NCBI GenBank assembly: GCA_040387795.1
Contig: JAZKDC010000027.1
Location: forward strand, 85,845 to 149,844
Source: Verrucomicrobiota bacterium
Lineage (GTDB): Bacteria > Verrucomicrobiota > Verrucomicrobiia > Verrucomicrobiales > V1-33
Length of the DNA stretch: 64,000 nt
Direction of reading: 5' to 3'
Shown: piece by piece, positions 16,651 through 26,937 of the stretch
How the letters are laid out: each line of letters starts with the position of its first letter
Position numbering within the stretch: position 1 is the first letter of the stretch
Position numbers and translations under genes: made by a program
The notes under the pieces: generated by a model
Seen by the model: only the letters and a program-made list of their open reading frames with translations
Told to the model about the DNA's origin: nothing
Databases searched by the model: none

Positions 16651-18615
16651 GTGAAAAGATCGGAAAAAATCCTCCCATGGCGTCTCTGGCTGATTTTGAC
16701 AGCTCTGTTTTTCCTGATCCCAGCCGCTCGCGCCCCTGCTCTCGACCGCCTGCCCTACCACAACCCCGGCCTCGTGGTGGATCTGGGAGTCGGCCTCTGG
16801 GCGTGGCCGGTGCCCTGCGATGCCGATGGGGATGGGGATTACGATCTGATCGTCTCCTGTCCTGACAAACCCTCCAACGGGATCTGGCTGTTTGAAAATA
16901 CCACCGGCGACACAGCTAAAAACAAGTTTCTGGTGTTCAAACCGGCCCGGCGGCTCAGCAGCACTGTCCATTACGTCATGCCCAGTTGGACTGACGGGCA
17001 GCTGCGGGTGGTCTCGCCCGGCTGGGAATATCCAGATTTCACCCGCACCGGCCTTGCCACCAAAATCAAGCTGCCGGTCGACCCCAAATTCTACCAACCG
17101 CAGGGCACGGCCAAAGGCGGGCCGCGGGTCCGGCATAACCAATGGCGCTACACGGACTACGACGGCGATGGCCAGCAGGATCTCATCGTGGGCATTGAGG
17201 ACTGGAGCCACTACGGCTGGGACAATGCATGGAGTGACCGGGGCGATTGGCAAAAAGGGCCGCTGCACGGCTTCGTTTTCGTTTTCAGGAAGACCGGCGA
17301 TGGTTCCTACGCCGATCCCGTGAAAGTCGAAGCCGGAGGAAAGGCCGTAGATACGTTCGGCTGCCCTTCGCCCAATTTCCATGACTTCGATGGTGATGGC
17401 GACCTTGATCTGCTCTGCGGCGAATTCCTGGATGGCTTCACGTATTTCCAAAACACCGGCACCCGCACCGCACCGCAATATGCGTCCGGCCAGCGCCTCA
17501 AGGACCCCCGCGGAGCAGAGGTCAGGATGGAATTGGAAATGATCGTGCCGGTCGCGTTCGATTGGGACAAGGATGGTGATCAGGACCTCATCGTGGGCGA
17601 TGAGGACGGCCGGGTGGCTTTGGTGGAAAACACCGGAGCCATGGCTGCCGCAGTTCCCGTGTTCGCCCAGCCGGTCTATTTCAAACAGGAAGCCGATACC
17701 TTGAAATGCGGAGCGCTGGCCACCCCCTTCGGCGCCGACTGGGATGGGGATGGCGACATGGATATTGTGTCAGGTAATACCGCCGGATTTATCGAAATCT
17801 TTGAAAACCGGAGCGGCCCGAAAGCCGCCTCCCCAAAATGGGCCGCGCCCCGCCGTCTGGAAGTGGACGGCAAACCGTTCCGTGTCATGGCCGGACCTAA
17901 CGGCAGCATCCAGGGCCCCGCCGAAGCTAAATGGGGTTACACCACCGTGGTGTTGGCCGACTGGGATCTGGATGGCTTGCCTGACATTTTATTCAATAGC
18001 ATCCTCGGCGACGTCCAATGGCTGCCAAACACCGGCTCCCGCACCGCTCCCGCTTTCAAGGCCCCCCAGGCCATTGAGGTCGAATGGTCCGCCGCCCCGC
18101 CAGCCCTCGCCTGGGGCTGGAGGAAACCGCAGGGCAAAGCCCTCCTGACCCAATGGCGCACCACCCCGGTGGTCTTTGACTTCAACGCGGACGGCCTGCC
18201 GGATCTGGCCATGCTGGACCACGAAGGGTATCTCGCCTTCTTCGAGCGTGATAAAACCGATACCGGGCTGAGCCTGAAACCACCGCGCCGCGCCTTCCTC
18301 GATGATGCCGGGAATCCGCTGCGGCTGAATGCCAAAACCGCCGGAGCCAGCGGCCGCCGCAAACTCTGTGTCACGGATTGGGACGGCGACGGAAAATTCG
18401 ATTTCCTGCTCAACTCTTCCAACGCAGATTTCCTCCAACAGACGGGAACCAAGGACGGCTCCTGGGTTTTCCGGAATGCCGGAACCCTCGCCAAAAAGAA
18501 TATCGAAGGCCACGACGTCAGCCCGGCCGTGGTGGACTTTGATGGCAATGGAGTGCCGGACTTCCTCGGCGGGGCGGAGGATGGCCGCTTCTATCTGCTC
18601 CAGAACCCCCGCTGA
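16651..18615 (+). CDS. Secreted FG-GAP/VCBS-repeat beta-propeller protein.
   Basis: It has multiple DxDGDGxxD calcium-binding FG-GAP repeats (CDADGDGDYDLIV, DYDGDGQQDLIV, FDGDGDLDLL, DWDKDGDQDLIV, DWDGDGDMDIV, DFDGNGVPD). A signal peptide (WRLWLILTALFFLIPAARA) is reached from an in-frame GTG at 16651. The ORF-track ATG at 16588 lies upstream of the signal peptide. Confidence 0.7.
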   Translation: MKRSEKILPWRLWLILTALFFLIPAARAPALDRLPYHNPGLVVDLGVGLWAWPVPCDADGDGDYDLIVSCPDKPSNGIWLFENTTGDTAKNKFLVFKPARRLSSTVHYVMPSWTDGQLRVVSPGWEYPDFTRTGLATKIKLPVDPKFYQPQGTAKGGPRVRHNQWRYTDYDGDGQQDLIVGIEDWSHYGWDNAWSDRGDWQKGPLHGFVFVFRKTGDGSYADPVKVEAGGKAVDTFGCPSPNFHDFDGDGDLDLLCGEFLDGFTYFQNTGTRTAPQYASGQRLKDPRGAEVRMELEMIVPVAFDWDKDGDQDLIVGDEDGRVALVENTGAMAAAVPVFAQPVYFKQEADTLKCGALATPFGADWDGDGDMDIVSGNTAGFIEIFENRSGPKAASPKWAAPRRLEVDGKPFRVMAGPNGSIQGPAEAKWGYTTVVLADWDLDGLPDILFNSILGDVQWLPNTGSRTAPAFKAPQAIEVEWSAAPPALAWGWRKPQGKALLTQWRTTPVVFDFNADGLPDLAMLDHEGYLAFFERDKTDTGLSLKPPRRAFLDDAGNPLRLNAKTAGASGRRKLCVTDWDGDGKFDFLLNSSNADFLQQTGTKDGSWVFRNAGTLAKKNIEGHDVSPAVVDFDGNGVPDFLGGAEDGRFYLLQNPR

Positions 18616-18622
18616 TCCTCAC

Positions 18623-19876
18623 ATGAACGAACAATCCTCCCCCGCCTTCGCCCGTACCGCATGGCTGATGGTCCTGCTGCTGGTGCCGGTCGCCCTGCTG
18701 AACTATCTCGACCGCCAGATGCTGGCCGCCATGAAGGCCTCCATGGTGGCCGATATTCCTGACATCCAGAACAAAGCCGCCTGGGGCATCGTGCTCGGTT
18801 CCTTTAAATGGGTGTATGCCATCCTGAGTCCGGTCGGCGGTTACTTCGCGGACCGCCTGAGCAAACGCCACGTCATCTGCGCCAGCCTCTTTGTCTGGTC
18901 CGCCGTAACATGGTGGACCGGACATGTCAGCACCTATCATGAATTGCTGTGGGCGCGCGCCCTGATGGGGATCAGCGAGGCTTTCTACATCCCGGCCGCC
19001 CTCGCCCTGATCACGGAATTCCATCTGGGGGCCACCCGCTCCCGCGCCGTCGGCTTCCATCAAATGGGCATTTATGCCGGGATCATCCTGGGAGGATTTT
19101 CCGGTTATGTGGCCGATGCGCCGGACTTCGGCTGGCGCTTCGCCTTCAGCGCCTGCGGCCTGATCGGGATCGCTTATGCCCTGCCCCTGTTTGCCCTGCT
19201 GCGGAATCCCGCGCCTCCCGCCATCGCACCGGAACCGGTTTCACTGCCCGGCGCCACCGGCGAGCTATTCCGCAACAGAAATTTCATCCTGCTGGTGATC
19301 TACTTCACCCTGCCCGCCCTCGCGGGTTGGGTGGTGAAGGACTGGATGCCGGATATTCTGCGGGAAAAATTCCACCTCGGCCAGGGCAAGGCCGGGGTCT
19401 CCGCGGTGTTGTATGTCCAGATCGCTTCCCTGATCGGCGTCGGCCTCGGCGGCTGGCTGGCGGACCGTTGGATGCGTAAAAATATCCGCGGCCGGATTTT
19501 TGTCAGTGCCCTCGGCATGATCCTGTTCCTGCCGTCCCTTTTCGGCGTGGGCAATGCCGGCACGCTCGGCATGGCGGTGTGTTTTCTCATGATGTTCGGC
19601 CTGGGCTGGGGGTTCTTTGATTGCAATAACATGCCCATCCTCTGCCAGATCGTCCGTCCTCAATTGCGGGCCACCGGTTACGGTTTCATGAATCTGGTCA
19701 GTATCAGCTGCGGCGGATTTGCCGATTGGGGATTCGGCGCCCTGCGCGACCGGCACGTGCCCTTGAATCTGATCTTCGGGGCCTTCGCGGGGATTGCCCT
19801 GCTCAGCGCCGTGGTGGTGCTTCTCATCAAACCCCGGACCGATCCTGCCAGCATGTCTCCCCCCTCTGTCTCGTGA
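18623..19876 (+). CDS. MFS transporter.
   Basis: There are 12 predicted hydrophobic segments and the MFS signature LNYLDRQMLAAM / GYFADRLSKR. The ATG lies 7 bp after the FG-GAP gene stop. The track ORF start at 18329 overlaps the upstream gene. Confidence 0.8.
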   Translation: MNEQSSPAFARTAWLMVLLLVPVALLNYLDRQMLAAMKASMVADIPDIQNKAAWGIVLGSFKWVYAILSPVGGYFADRLSKRHVICASLFVWSAVTWWTGHVSTYHELLWARALMGISEAFYIPAALALITEFHLGATRSRAVGFHQMGIYAGIILGGFSGYVADAPDFGWRFAFSACGLIGIAYALPLFALLRNPAPPAIAPEPVSLPGATGELFRNRNFILLVIYFTLPALAGWVVKDWMPDILREKFHLGQGKAGVSAVLYVQIASLIGVGLGGWLADRWMRKNIRGRIFVSALGMILFLPSLFGVGNAGTLGMAVCFLMMFGLGWGFFDCNNMPILCQIVRPQLRATGYGFMNLVSISCGGFADWGFGALRDRHVPLNLIFGAFAGIALLSAVVVLLIKPRTDPASMSPPSVS

Positions 19877-19985
19877 AGCCGGTTTGACCCGTCTGCCTGC
19901 CCGGGAATGTACCGGAAAACCCAGGCCCGGAAAACCCGCAGAATTTTCTGGTCACAAACCCGGCCCGGCGGGCCATTATTCCTTG

Positions 19986-21494
19986 ATGATGACGAGCGAT
20001 CAGGAATTACTGAGGGCCTATGTGACCGGCACCCACGGCGCGTTCCGTGAGCTGGTGGAGCGTCATGCCGGCATGATTTTTGGAGCAGCATGGCGGGTCA
20101 CCGGCGACCGGACCATGGCCGAAGAGGTAGTGCAGGATGTGTTTTGCCTGCTGGCCCGGAAATCGGCCGCCTTGTCAGGGCATCCCAGTGTCGCGGGCTG
20201 GCTGCATCGGACCGCGATCAATGCTGCCCGCAGCCAACGGCGCGCCCGGGTCCATCATGAGCAGAAGCTGGCCCGGTTTGCTTCGGAATCCCGGGAATCC
20301 GGCCAGGAGGAAGCAGCGCCAGCCGGGGATGCGGAAATCGATTCCGCAATCGACCGGCTGCCCTCGGAGGAGCGGGAGGCGGTCGTGCTGCGGTTTTATC
20401 AGGATCAGGACTACGCCCAGATCAGTTCCCAGCTGGGGGTTTCTGAAATGGCGGTCCGCAAGCGGGTCTCCCGTGGTCTGCAACGCCTCCAACGGATCCT
20501 CGGCCCGTCGGCCGCCGCGGGATTCAGTCCAGCCTGCCTGGCCGGACCCGCCCCGGCCGGGGTCATGCAATCGGTGATCGCCGCCGCTCCGGCAATCCCC
20601 CCGGCGTTCGGTTTCCTCACTACCTTATTTCTTATGAACACCAAACCAGCCCTCGGCATCGCCGCCGCCACCCTGCTCACCGGAAGCCTCACCTGGTGGG
20701 GCACCAGCCTTTCCTCGGAAAACCAGCGCCTCGGCACCGAATTGGCCACGCTGCGCGCCAGCCTTTCCGATCCAGCCCAGCCCTCGGCCAACAAGGGGTC
20801 AGGGAAGACTACGGCATTGGACGCCTCATCTCCTGCCCCGGGCGTGGCAGACCTGCAGGCCGCTCTGGAGGCCGAGCGCGAAAAACGCCTCGCCGCCGAA
20901 CGCGATGCCAAATCGGTGCGCGACCAAATCGCCCAACTGCAGGGCGAGGTGGTGGTCTCCTATGGCAAAGTCACTCAGATCGGATCCACCCTTGGTTCCG
21001 TTTTCACAGAAGCCCTCGCCTTGGTCGAATGGGAGAAAAATGGCAAACTCGCGACCCCGGAGGGGGAGACCCGCTTTGGCAAATTCCTCGAACAGGCAGG
21101 CTCCATTTCCGGGCTGTCCAAGGAGATCATCAACTTCGAGGATGTGCCTGAGGAGGGCAGCCGTTTCATCGCCTCGGCCTATGGTGCCGCCTTCGGATTG
21201 GATGAGGCCGGTCAGGAAAAAATCGCCAGCTTCTTTTCCAAACGGCTGGAAGAGGCGGGCGCGAAAAAGTTTACCCTCGCCAATCTTCCGGCGCGCGGTT
21301 CCGCGGAGTTCCACCCGTGGCTGGAACAACGCTGGGCTTTCTTTGAGGAAAGCCGCGGTCAGCTCCGCGAACTCATCCCGGAGGCCAAACAATCCGACTT
21401 TGATCAGATGATCGAAAAAGGGGGCTACGGCTTTAAAAATCTGACCGTTAAAGGAATGCCGTTGATGTTCTCCCTGGGAGGGGATCCGCGCTGA
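19986..21494 (+). CDS. ECF-type sigma-70 factor (regions 2 and 4) fused to a C-terminal transmembrane/coiled-coil/extracytoplasmic extension.
   Basis: The N-terminal ~190 aa has sigma region 2 (ELLRAYVTGTHGAFRELVERHAGMIFGAAW...) and region 4 (EREAVVLRFYQDQDYAQISSQLGVSEMAVRKRVSRGLQRL). A TM helix MNTKPALGIAAATLLTGSLTWWG and a coiled-coil domain follow in the same reading frame with no stop. A paralogous protein lies at 57811..59343. Confidence 0.7.
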   Translation: MMTSDQELLRAYVTGTHGAFRELVERHAGMIFGAAWRVTGDRTMAEEVVQDVFCLLARKSAALSGHPSVAGWLHRTAINAARSQRRARVHHEQKLARFASESRESGQEEAAPAGDAEIDSAIDRLPSEEREAVVLRFYQDQDYAQISSQLGVSEMAVRKRVSRGLQRLQRILGPSAAAGFSPACLAGPAPAGVMQSVIAAAPAIPPAFGFLTTLFLMNTKPALGIAAATLLTGSLTWWGTSLSSENQRLGTELATLRASLSDPAQPSANKGSGKTTALDASSPAPGVADLQAALEAEREKRLAAERDAKSVRDQIAQLQGEVVVSYGKVTQIGSTLGSVFTEALALVEWEKNGKLATPEGETRFGKFLEQAGSISGLSKEIINFEDVPEEGSRFIASAYGAAFGLDEAGQEKIASFFSKRLEEAGAKKFTLANLPARGSAEFHPWLEQRWAFFEESRGQLRELIPEAKQSDFDQMIEKGGYGFKNLTVKGMPLMFSLGGDPR

Positions 21495-21537
21495 GGCCTT
21501 TTCCTCGTTTTCGAACCCTTTCCAACCATCCAACATC

Positions 21538-21768
21538 ATGAATCAGGCCGAAAAACAGAAAATGCTGCGCACCAACACCCTGCTCTGGCTGGCGGCCATG
21601 GTCCTGCCGGGCGTACTTCATATCGCCTTCTCCTCCACACGCTTTCCGTGGCCGGTGATTATGCCCTTTTTGTTGTTCGGGGCTCTGCTGGCTTCAAATC
21701 AAATGCTGGCCAGGGCCATCGGAAAACCGACCGATGAACAGGAACCGGACATCAAGCCCGGGGACTGA
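21538..21768 (+). CDS. Small hypothetical membrane protein (76 aa).
   Basis: It has two hydrophobic segments and lies downstream of the sigma-fusion gene. Support is weak. Confidence 0.3.
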   Translation: MNQAEKQKMLRTNTLLWLAAMVLPGVLHIAFSSTRFPWPVIMPFLLFGALLASNQMLARAIGKPTDEQEPDIKPGD

Positions 21769-21772
21769 TTCA

Positions 21773-23182
21773 TCAAGGCCAGGTCACCGCTGCCGGGACG
21801 CGCTGCCCCTTGCCCCTGGTTTTAGTCAGGGTGTCACCCAGTTCTTCCCGGGCGGCCTGGGCCAGCGCTGACAGTTGCTGCAGAGCGGCGGGCTCGGTGG
21901 CGGCCAGGTCCTTGGTTTCACCCGGATCTTTTTCCAGATCATACAACTCCAGCCCGGTCGTGGCGCGACCGTGTTTTCCGGTCAGCCCATCGGCCCCGGT
22001 CTTTTCGATGGTCCGGTAGGCATGAGGAAGAATCAGCTTCCATTTGCCACTGCGCAGGGCCTGCAGCTCGTGGTTGCCATAATAAAACACGAGGGATTCA
22101 TGCGGTGACTTCGCCCCGGCTTCCCCACGCAGCAGCGGGCCGATGTCCTTGCCGTCGATCGCTTTTTCCGGCAGCGCCGCCCCCGTCAGGGCCGCCAGAG
22201 TCGGGAGGATATCAATCGTTCCCGCCACCTCCCGGCACACCGTCCCGGCGGGGATTTTACCGGGCCAGCGCATCAGGCACGGCACCCGGATGCCACCTTC
22301 CCAACAGGTCCCCTTGGACTCGCGGAAGGGTCCGGCGCTGCCCGCGTGGTTGCCGTAAATCGACCACGGGCCATTGTCGCTGGTGAAAATCACGAGGGTG
22401 TTTTCATCCAGCCCCTGGGTCTTCAGAGCCGTCAGGATTTCACCCACCGCCCAGTCGATTTCCTGGATCACATCCCCATACAGGCCCTGGGCCGATTTCC
22501 CTTTGAACTTGTCACTGACATAAAGCGGCACGTGCGGCATGGAAGGCGCGACATAGAGGAAAAACGGCTTGGTTTTGTGTTCAGTGATGAACTTCACGGC
22601 ACGCTCCGCATACCGTGTGGTCAGGGTCGCCTGATCTTCGGCAGACACTTCCGGATCGGCCGCGGCGGCATTTTCCATCAAAGGCAGCGGGGGATAACTC
22701 CCCGTTTTAGCATTCGGATTCTCCGGCCACATGTCGTTCGAATAAGGCAGGCCAAGATACTCATCAAACCCCTGCTTCACCGGCAGCAGATCGGGATGGT
22801 CCCCCAAATGCCATTTCCCGAACATCCCCGTGGCATAACCTTTCGCCTTCATCACTTCCGCGAGGGTGGTTTCCTCAGGATTCAACCCGGTCCGGCTCTT
22901 TGGCCCCAAGGCCCCATTGATCCCCACCCGCGCCGGATAACAACCCGTCAGCAAAGCCGCCCGCGACGCCGAGCACACCGGCGCCGCCACGTAGAAGTCG
23001 GTAAAACGCATCCCCTCCGCAGCCATCCGGTCGAGGTTGGGCGTGCTGTAACCCTTCGCTCCCTGCACTCCGATATCCCCGTAGCCCTGGTCGTCGGTAT
23101 AAATCATCACCACATTGGGAGCGGCCGCCCACAGGGAAGTGGCGGTCAAGCTAAGCAGGAGTAATTGAAGGACGCGGGTCAT
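21773..23182 (-). CDS. Sulfatase (formylglycine-dependent arylsulfatase family).
   Basis: Signal peptide present. The motif region PVCSASRAALLTG (a CxAxR variant of the FGly motif) together with GKWHLG is typical of sulfatases. Confidence 0.85.
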   Translation of the reverse strand: MTRVLQLLLLSLTATSLWAAAPNVVMIYTDDQGYGDIGVQGAKGYSTPNLDRMAAEGMRFTDFYVAAPVCSASRAALLTGCYPARVGINGALGPKSRTGLNPEETTLAEVMKAKGYATGMFGKWHLGDHPDLLPVKQGFDEYLGLPYSNDMWPENPNAKTGSYPPLPLMENAAAADPEVSAEDQATLTTRYAERAVKFITEHKTKPFFLYVAPSMPHVPLYVSDKFKGKSAQGLYGDVIQEIDWAVGEILTALKTQGLDENTLVIFTSDNGPWSIYGNHAGSAGPFRESKGTCWEGGIRVPCLMRWPGKIPAGTVCREVAGTIDILPTLAALTGAALPEKAIDGKDIGPLLRGEAGAKSPHESLVFYYGNHELQALRSGKWKLILPHAYRTIEKTGADGLTGKHGRATTGLELYDLEKDPGETKDLAATEPAALQQLSALAQAAREELGDTLTKTRGKGQRVPAAVTWP

Positions 23183-23334
23183 GGGGATAATTTACGCAGC
23201 CAGAGGAAGCTCCTGCACGATAAAAATGACCGCGTTTCCGTCAATCCGGTCCCATGGCCGGGCGAATACAAACATGCCGCCCGGATTATACTCGACTTTC
23301 TCCTGACAAAACGTAAGTAGCACCCCTCAACCGT

Positions 23335-24048
23335 ATGAACACCGATCCATCCTCTCCCGCCGCCGATTCCCAGCCTGACCCCTCCTCCCCTCCGCCGCAG
23401 GAGTTGGTCCTCGTGCCTGTGGACAGCCCGTCGGAGCAGGATCCCCGCGAAGCCCTGGCAGCGGCGATTGTAAACCGCCACGTCCTCTGGTCCCTCGGTG
23501 CCGGGCTGATTCCGGTGCCCCTCGCCGATATCGCGGCGGTCACCGCCATCCAGATGGATGCCCTGCAGCAACTGGCCAAACTCTACCAGGTGGACTTCGC
23601 GGCGGATCAGGGGAAACGTTTCGTCACCAGTCTGACCGGCAGCACCGTGGCCCGCACCGGCGCCAGTCTGGTCAAAGCCATTCCCGGTATCGGCACCATG
23701 CTCGGTGGAGTCAGTATGTCCGCCCTTTCCGGCGCTTCGACCTATGCCGTGTGTCAGGTGGCGATCCGCCACTTCCGCTCCCAGGGCACTTTTTTCAATC
23801 TGCCGATCGACCGTGCCCGGGATCTCTACCAGGAAGCCCTCGCCAAGGGCCGCGAATTTGTGAAATCCTTCCAGTCCAGCGATGTGGCCAAAGCGACCCA
23901 GGAAGCGAGCGAAAGTATCGAGAACCTGCATCAACTCAAAAGCCGCGACCTCCTGACCGAAGAGGAATACGAAGCCAAGAAGGCCCTGACGCTGGCAAAA
24001 TTGAGCGCCGCCGTCGAGGTCAAATCCTCTGCAGCAGGCCCGGTCTGA
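23335..24048 (+). CDS. DUF697-domain protein with a C-terminal SHOCT-like motif.
   Basis: LGAGLIPVPLADIAAVTAIQMDALQQLAKLY resembles the DUF697 (YcjF-like) core. The C-terminal LKSRDLLTEEEYEAKKALTLAKL resembles the SHOCT motif. The minus-strand ORF 23179..24060 is judged antisense. Confidence 0.5.
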   Translation: MNTDPSSPAADSQPDPSSPPPQELVLVPVDSPSEQDPREALAAAIVNRHVLWSLGAGLIPVPLADIAAVTAIQMDALQQLAKLYQVDFAADQGKRFVTSLTGSTVARTGASLVKAIPGIGTMLGGVSMSALSGASTYAVCQVAIRHFRSQGTFFNLPIDRARDLYQEALAKGREFVKSFQSSDVAKATQEASESIENLHQLKSRDLLTEEEYEAKKALTLAKLSAAVEVKSSAAGPV

Positions 24049-24066
24049 CCGGTCCTGCACGGCCGG

Positions 24067-25467
24067 TCAGATTTGCACGGCAGCAGGCAGCACGCGCCCG
24101 ATTTCCTCCACCCTCATGCCAAAGCCGGGACCATGGATGGTTTCCAAGTCCACCCGGCCATTCCGGCGTTGGTAAAGGCCGGGGTGGACCACTGCTTCGG
24201 CGGCGGAGGCTGCGGGGTAAAACTGCATGCTGTTGGTCTCCACGCCGGCAATGGTCGGGGCGTGCGCTGCGAGCAGGCAATGAGGGATCTGGGCGAGCAT
24301 CGGATTGGTCAGGTCCTGCACCATCAGCGTCATCCCATGAGCCTGGGCCCAGCACAGGCTGAGCAGGGCTCCGGTCTGGGTCTTGCAGGTTTTCAAAGCT
24401 ACCCCGGTCCAGCCAAGCGAGCGGCCCAGCCGGACGTGCTGCCAGTCGTGGGCGCTTTCATCAAGAAAGAGCGGACGGCGGGCACTCACGGACTGCACCG
24501 GAATGGGATGCGTCTCCAGCTCATAAGGGAAAGGCTGCTCCACGTATAACAGCAGGGCGAAAATGCGGGGTTCATCGTCACGGAGACGGTCGAGGATTTC
24601 GGTGACGTAGTCAGGGTCGGTGACGGTGCAGTTGAAGTCAGCCGTGAGCCAAAGAACCTCCTGCGCCAGGGCACAACGGCCCACCCGGACCATCCGGTCG
24701 TAATCCCATGCGGCATCATTCCCCCGCAGCTTGATCTTGAGCGCCTGCAAGCCATCGCGCCGGATCCAGTCGGCGAGCAGCACCGGATGGCCATCGTCCG
24801 GCTCCCCGCCCGTCAAATCAGCGGCATCAATGGCATCAAGCCCGCCCACCAGATGCCAGGCCATGAGTTGCTCCCAGCGCTGCGGGCGCAGGAAATCAGC
24901 CGGGTATTTTCCCGCGAACGACAGACTGCCCGCACGGTCTCCGGCCGGCGTCAGAAAATCCGCCAGATCCCGGCTCATCCACGGGGAGCGGTAGGTTTCG
25001 TAAACCGGCACTTCGTTCACCCGGCCGTAGGCATCGTGAACTGCCAAGTCAAACAACGAGGCACAAACCAAGGCCGCCAGCCAGGGCAATGCCTCTGCCG
25101 CGGGACGGCCTGCATTCCAAACGGTCCACTCCTCCCGCAGAGTATGGCTGATGAAATCCTGCCCGCACTCCAAGGCATGCCCGGACACCCCGCAAGCCGG
25201 CCAGGCCTTCGCCAGCCTGACACAAAAATCCTGCAAAGCGTCCTGACGCTTCGCATAAGGCAACACCGAAGGCCAGACCCACTGCACGCTGAGCGGCGTC
25301 TCACCCCATCCCTCCGCCTCCCGCCCATCCTTCCGCCGCACCCGCAGCCGCGCCCGCGCACAGGTGACTTCCGTCAGGGTTTCGGTACCGAACTTCAGCG
25401 GCACCCGCGTGATGACCGGCAGAAAATAAAGCGCAGCGCCGATGACGGTGATGTCGGTGGGGAGCAT
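24067..25467 (-). CDS. Enolase-superfamily enzyme (mandelate racemase / muconate lactonizing enzyme-like).
   Basis: It has the LKIKLRG KxK catalytic motif and a capping-domain N-terminus (GWGETP). It is probably co-transcribed with the upstream MFS gene. Confidence 0.65.
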   Translation of the reverse strand: MLPTDITVIGAALYFLPVITRVPLKFGTETLTEVTCARARLRVRRKDGREAEGWGETPLSVQWVWPSVLPYAKRQDALQDFCVRLAKAWPACGVSGHALECGQDFISHTLREEWTVWNAGRPAAEALPWLAALVCASLFDLAVHDAYGRVNEVPVYETYRSPWMSRDLADFLTPAGDRAGSLSFAGKYPADFLRPQRWEQLMAWHLVGGLDAIDAADLTGGEPDDGHPVLLADWIRRDGLQALKIKLRGNDAAWDYDRMVRVGRCALAQEVLWLTADFNCTVTDPDYVTEILDRLRDDEPRIFALLLYVEQPFPYELETHPIPVQSVSARRPLFLDESAHDWQHVRLGRSLGWTGVALKTCKTQTGALLSLCWAQAHGMTLMVQDLTNPMLAQIPHCLLAAHAPTIAGVETNSMQFYPAASAAEAVVHPGLYQRRNGRVDLETIHGPGFGMRVEEIGRVLPAAVQI

Positions 25468-25542
25468 GAGGACAGGGGTATCAGGGACCTGGGATCAGTT
25501 TCAGAATGGCGCGGTTAGAGTTTGGGAATCCATCCTGTTTTC

Positions 25543-26805
25543 CTACTCCGGCAACGGCCGGCCGTTGGTTTCCGGGGCGAACCGGATGGCGATGATGCCG
25601 ATCAGATAGACGAGAGTGACCATGGCCCCCATCTGGGCATACCCGCCGTAAAACTGCACGAGGGCCCCACTGGTCAGCGCCCCCGCCGCGGCGATGATGC
25701 GTCCGGAATTATAACAAAGCCCCTGTCCGGTGGCGCGCACCCGGGTGGGGAACAGTTCGGGCAGATAAAGCGGGAACCAGCCGTAGAAGGCGGCGGTGCA
25801 GGCCCCCGCGCCAAAGACCATCAACAGGAATTGGGTGGTGTAGGCAGATTGGGTCCGGAAGAGCAATCCGCAGACCAGCAACGAGAGCACGCACAGGATG
25901 GTATAACTGGTGCGGCGGTTGATCCGGCCCAGCAGGACCGGCGCCAGCAGACTGCCCACCATGGCCCCGAGCGAGGAAATCATATGCGCATTGGCCTTGG
26001 CTCCCGGCACGGTCCCGGCGGTCAATTGATCCACCCACAACGGAATCCACTGCACCGAACCCCACGTGCCGATCAGGGCGATCGAAGACAGCACGATGCC
26101 GATCAGGGTACGGCCCCGCAGGGTTTTTCCCAACACCTCGCGCACCGGCGATACCCGGTGGCCGCCCAGCTGCCGGGTCTGTTCCCAGCGCTCCGATTCC
26201 GGGACAAACAGGCGGATCAAAAAAGTAAGCAGCGCCGGCGAGGCACCGACCAGAAACATCCAGCGCCACGAATCCTGGGTCACCGGCACCAGCGCCGCCA
26301 CCACGCCTACCAGAACCATCCCCAGATTGGCCGCAGCGCCGATGGCCCCGGCCAGCCACGGGCGATGGCGTTCCGGCCAGACCTCCATCACCAGCGCCAC
26401 TCCGAGCGCCCATTCTCCTCCCATGCCCAGAGCGGCAACGAACCGGAATCCCGCCAGATGCCATGGCACCTCCGCGAAATAAGCGGCCCCGCTGAACAAG
26501 GAATAGCACAAAATACTCAACGACATCGCCTTCACCCTCCCGATGCGGTCGCCCAGCCAGCCAAAGGCCACCCCGCCCAGCGCCGCCCCCAGTAAAAACG
26601 TCGCGGTGATGATGCCCATCCAGCTGCCCACTTGCCCTTCCCCGCCGGGTCCCAGCATGGAGAGCAGGGCCGGACGCGCCACCACGGGGAACAAGCCGAT
26701 TTCAAATCCATCAAACAACCAGCCGAGCACCGCCGCCACGAGCGCGAGTTTGGCCCCGCGGCTGATCCCGGGAGGGGGCGAAGTGTCAGGAGCAGAGGGC
26801 GGCAT
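25543..26805 (-). CDS. MFS transporter (sugar/organic-acid type).
   Basis: There are 12 hydrophobic segments and the MFS motif GWLGDRIGRVK. Confidence 0.8.
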   Translation of the reverse strand: MPPSAPDTSPPPGISRGAKLALVAAVLGWLFDGFEIGLFPVVARPALLSMLGPGGEGQVGSWMGIITATFLLGAALGGVAFGWLGDRIGRVKAMSLSILCYSLFSGAAYFAEVPWHLAGFRFVAALGMGGEWALGVALVMEVWPERHRPWLAGAIGAAANLGMVLVGVVAALVPVTQDSWRWMFLVGASPALLTFLIRLFVPESERWEQTRQLGGHRVSPVREVLGKTLRGRTLIGIVLSSIALIGTWGSVQWIPLWVDQLTAGTVPGAKANAHMISSLGAMVGSLLAPVLLGRINRRTSYTILCVLSLLVCGLLFRTQSAYTTQFLLMVFGAGACTAAFYGWFPLYLPELFPTRVRATGQGLCYNSGRIIAAAGALTSGALVQFYGGYAQMGAMVTLVYLIGIIAIRFAPETNGRPLPE

Positions 26806-26937
26806 GGAATGGATGGGCAGTTTTTAAAGCGGCGATCACGGCCTGTTGGCCGGATTATTCTCCCCAGCCCTACCGGGAAACCCGCCGCAACGCACGGACA
26901 AATGCAGCTCAACGCGCCTTTCCGGAAAACTTCCCGG

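Noticed and set aside
16519-17478. 319-aa minus-strand ORF.
   Set aside because: It is antisense to the FG-GAP repeat gene, whose DxDGDG repeats are unmistakable on the plus strand.
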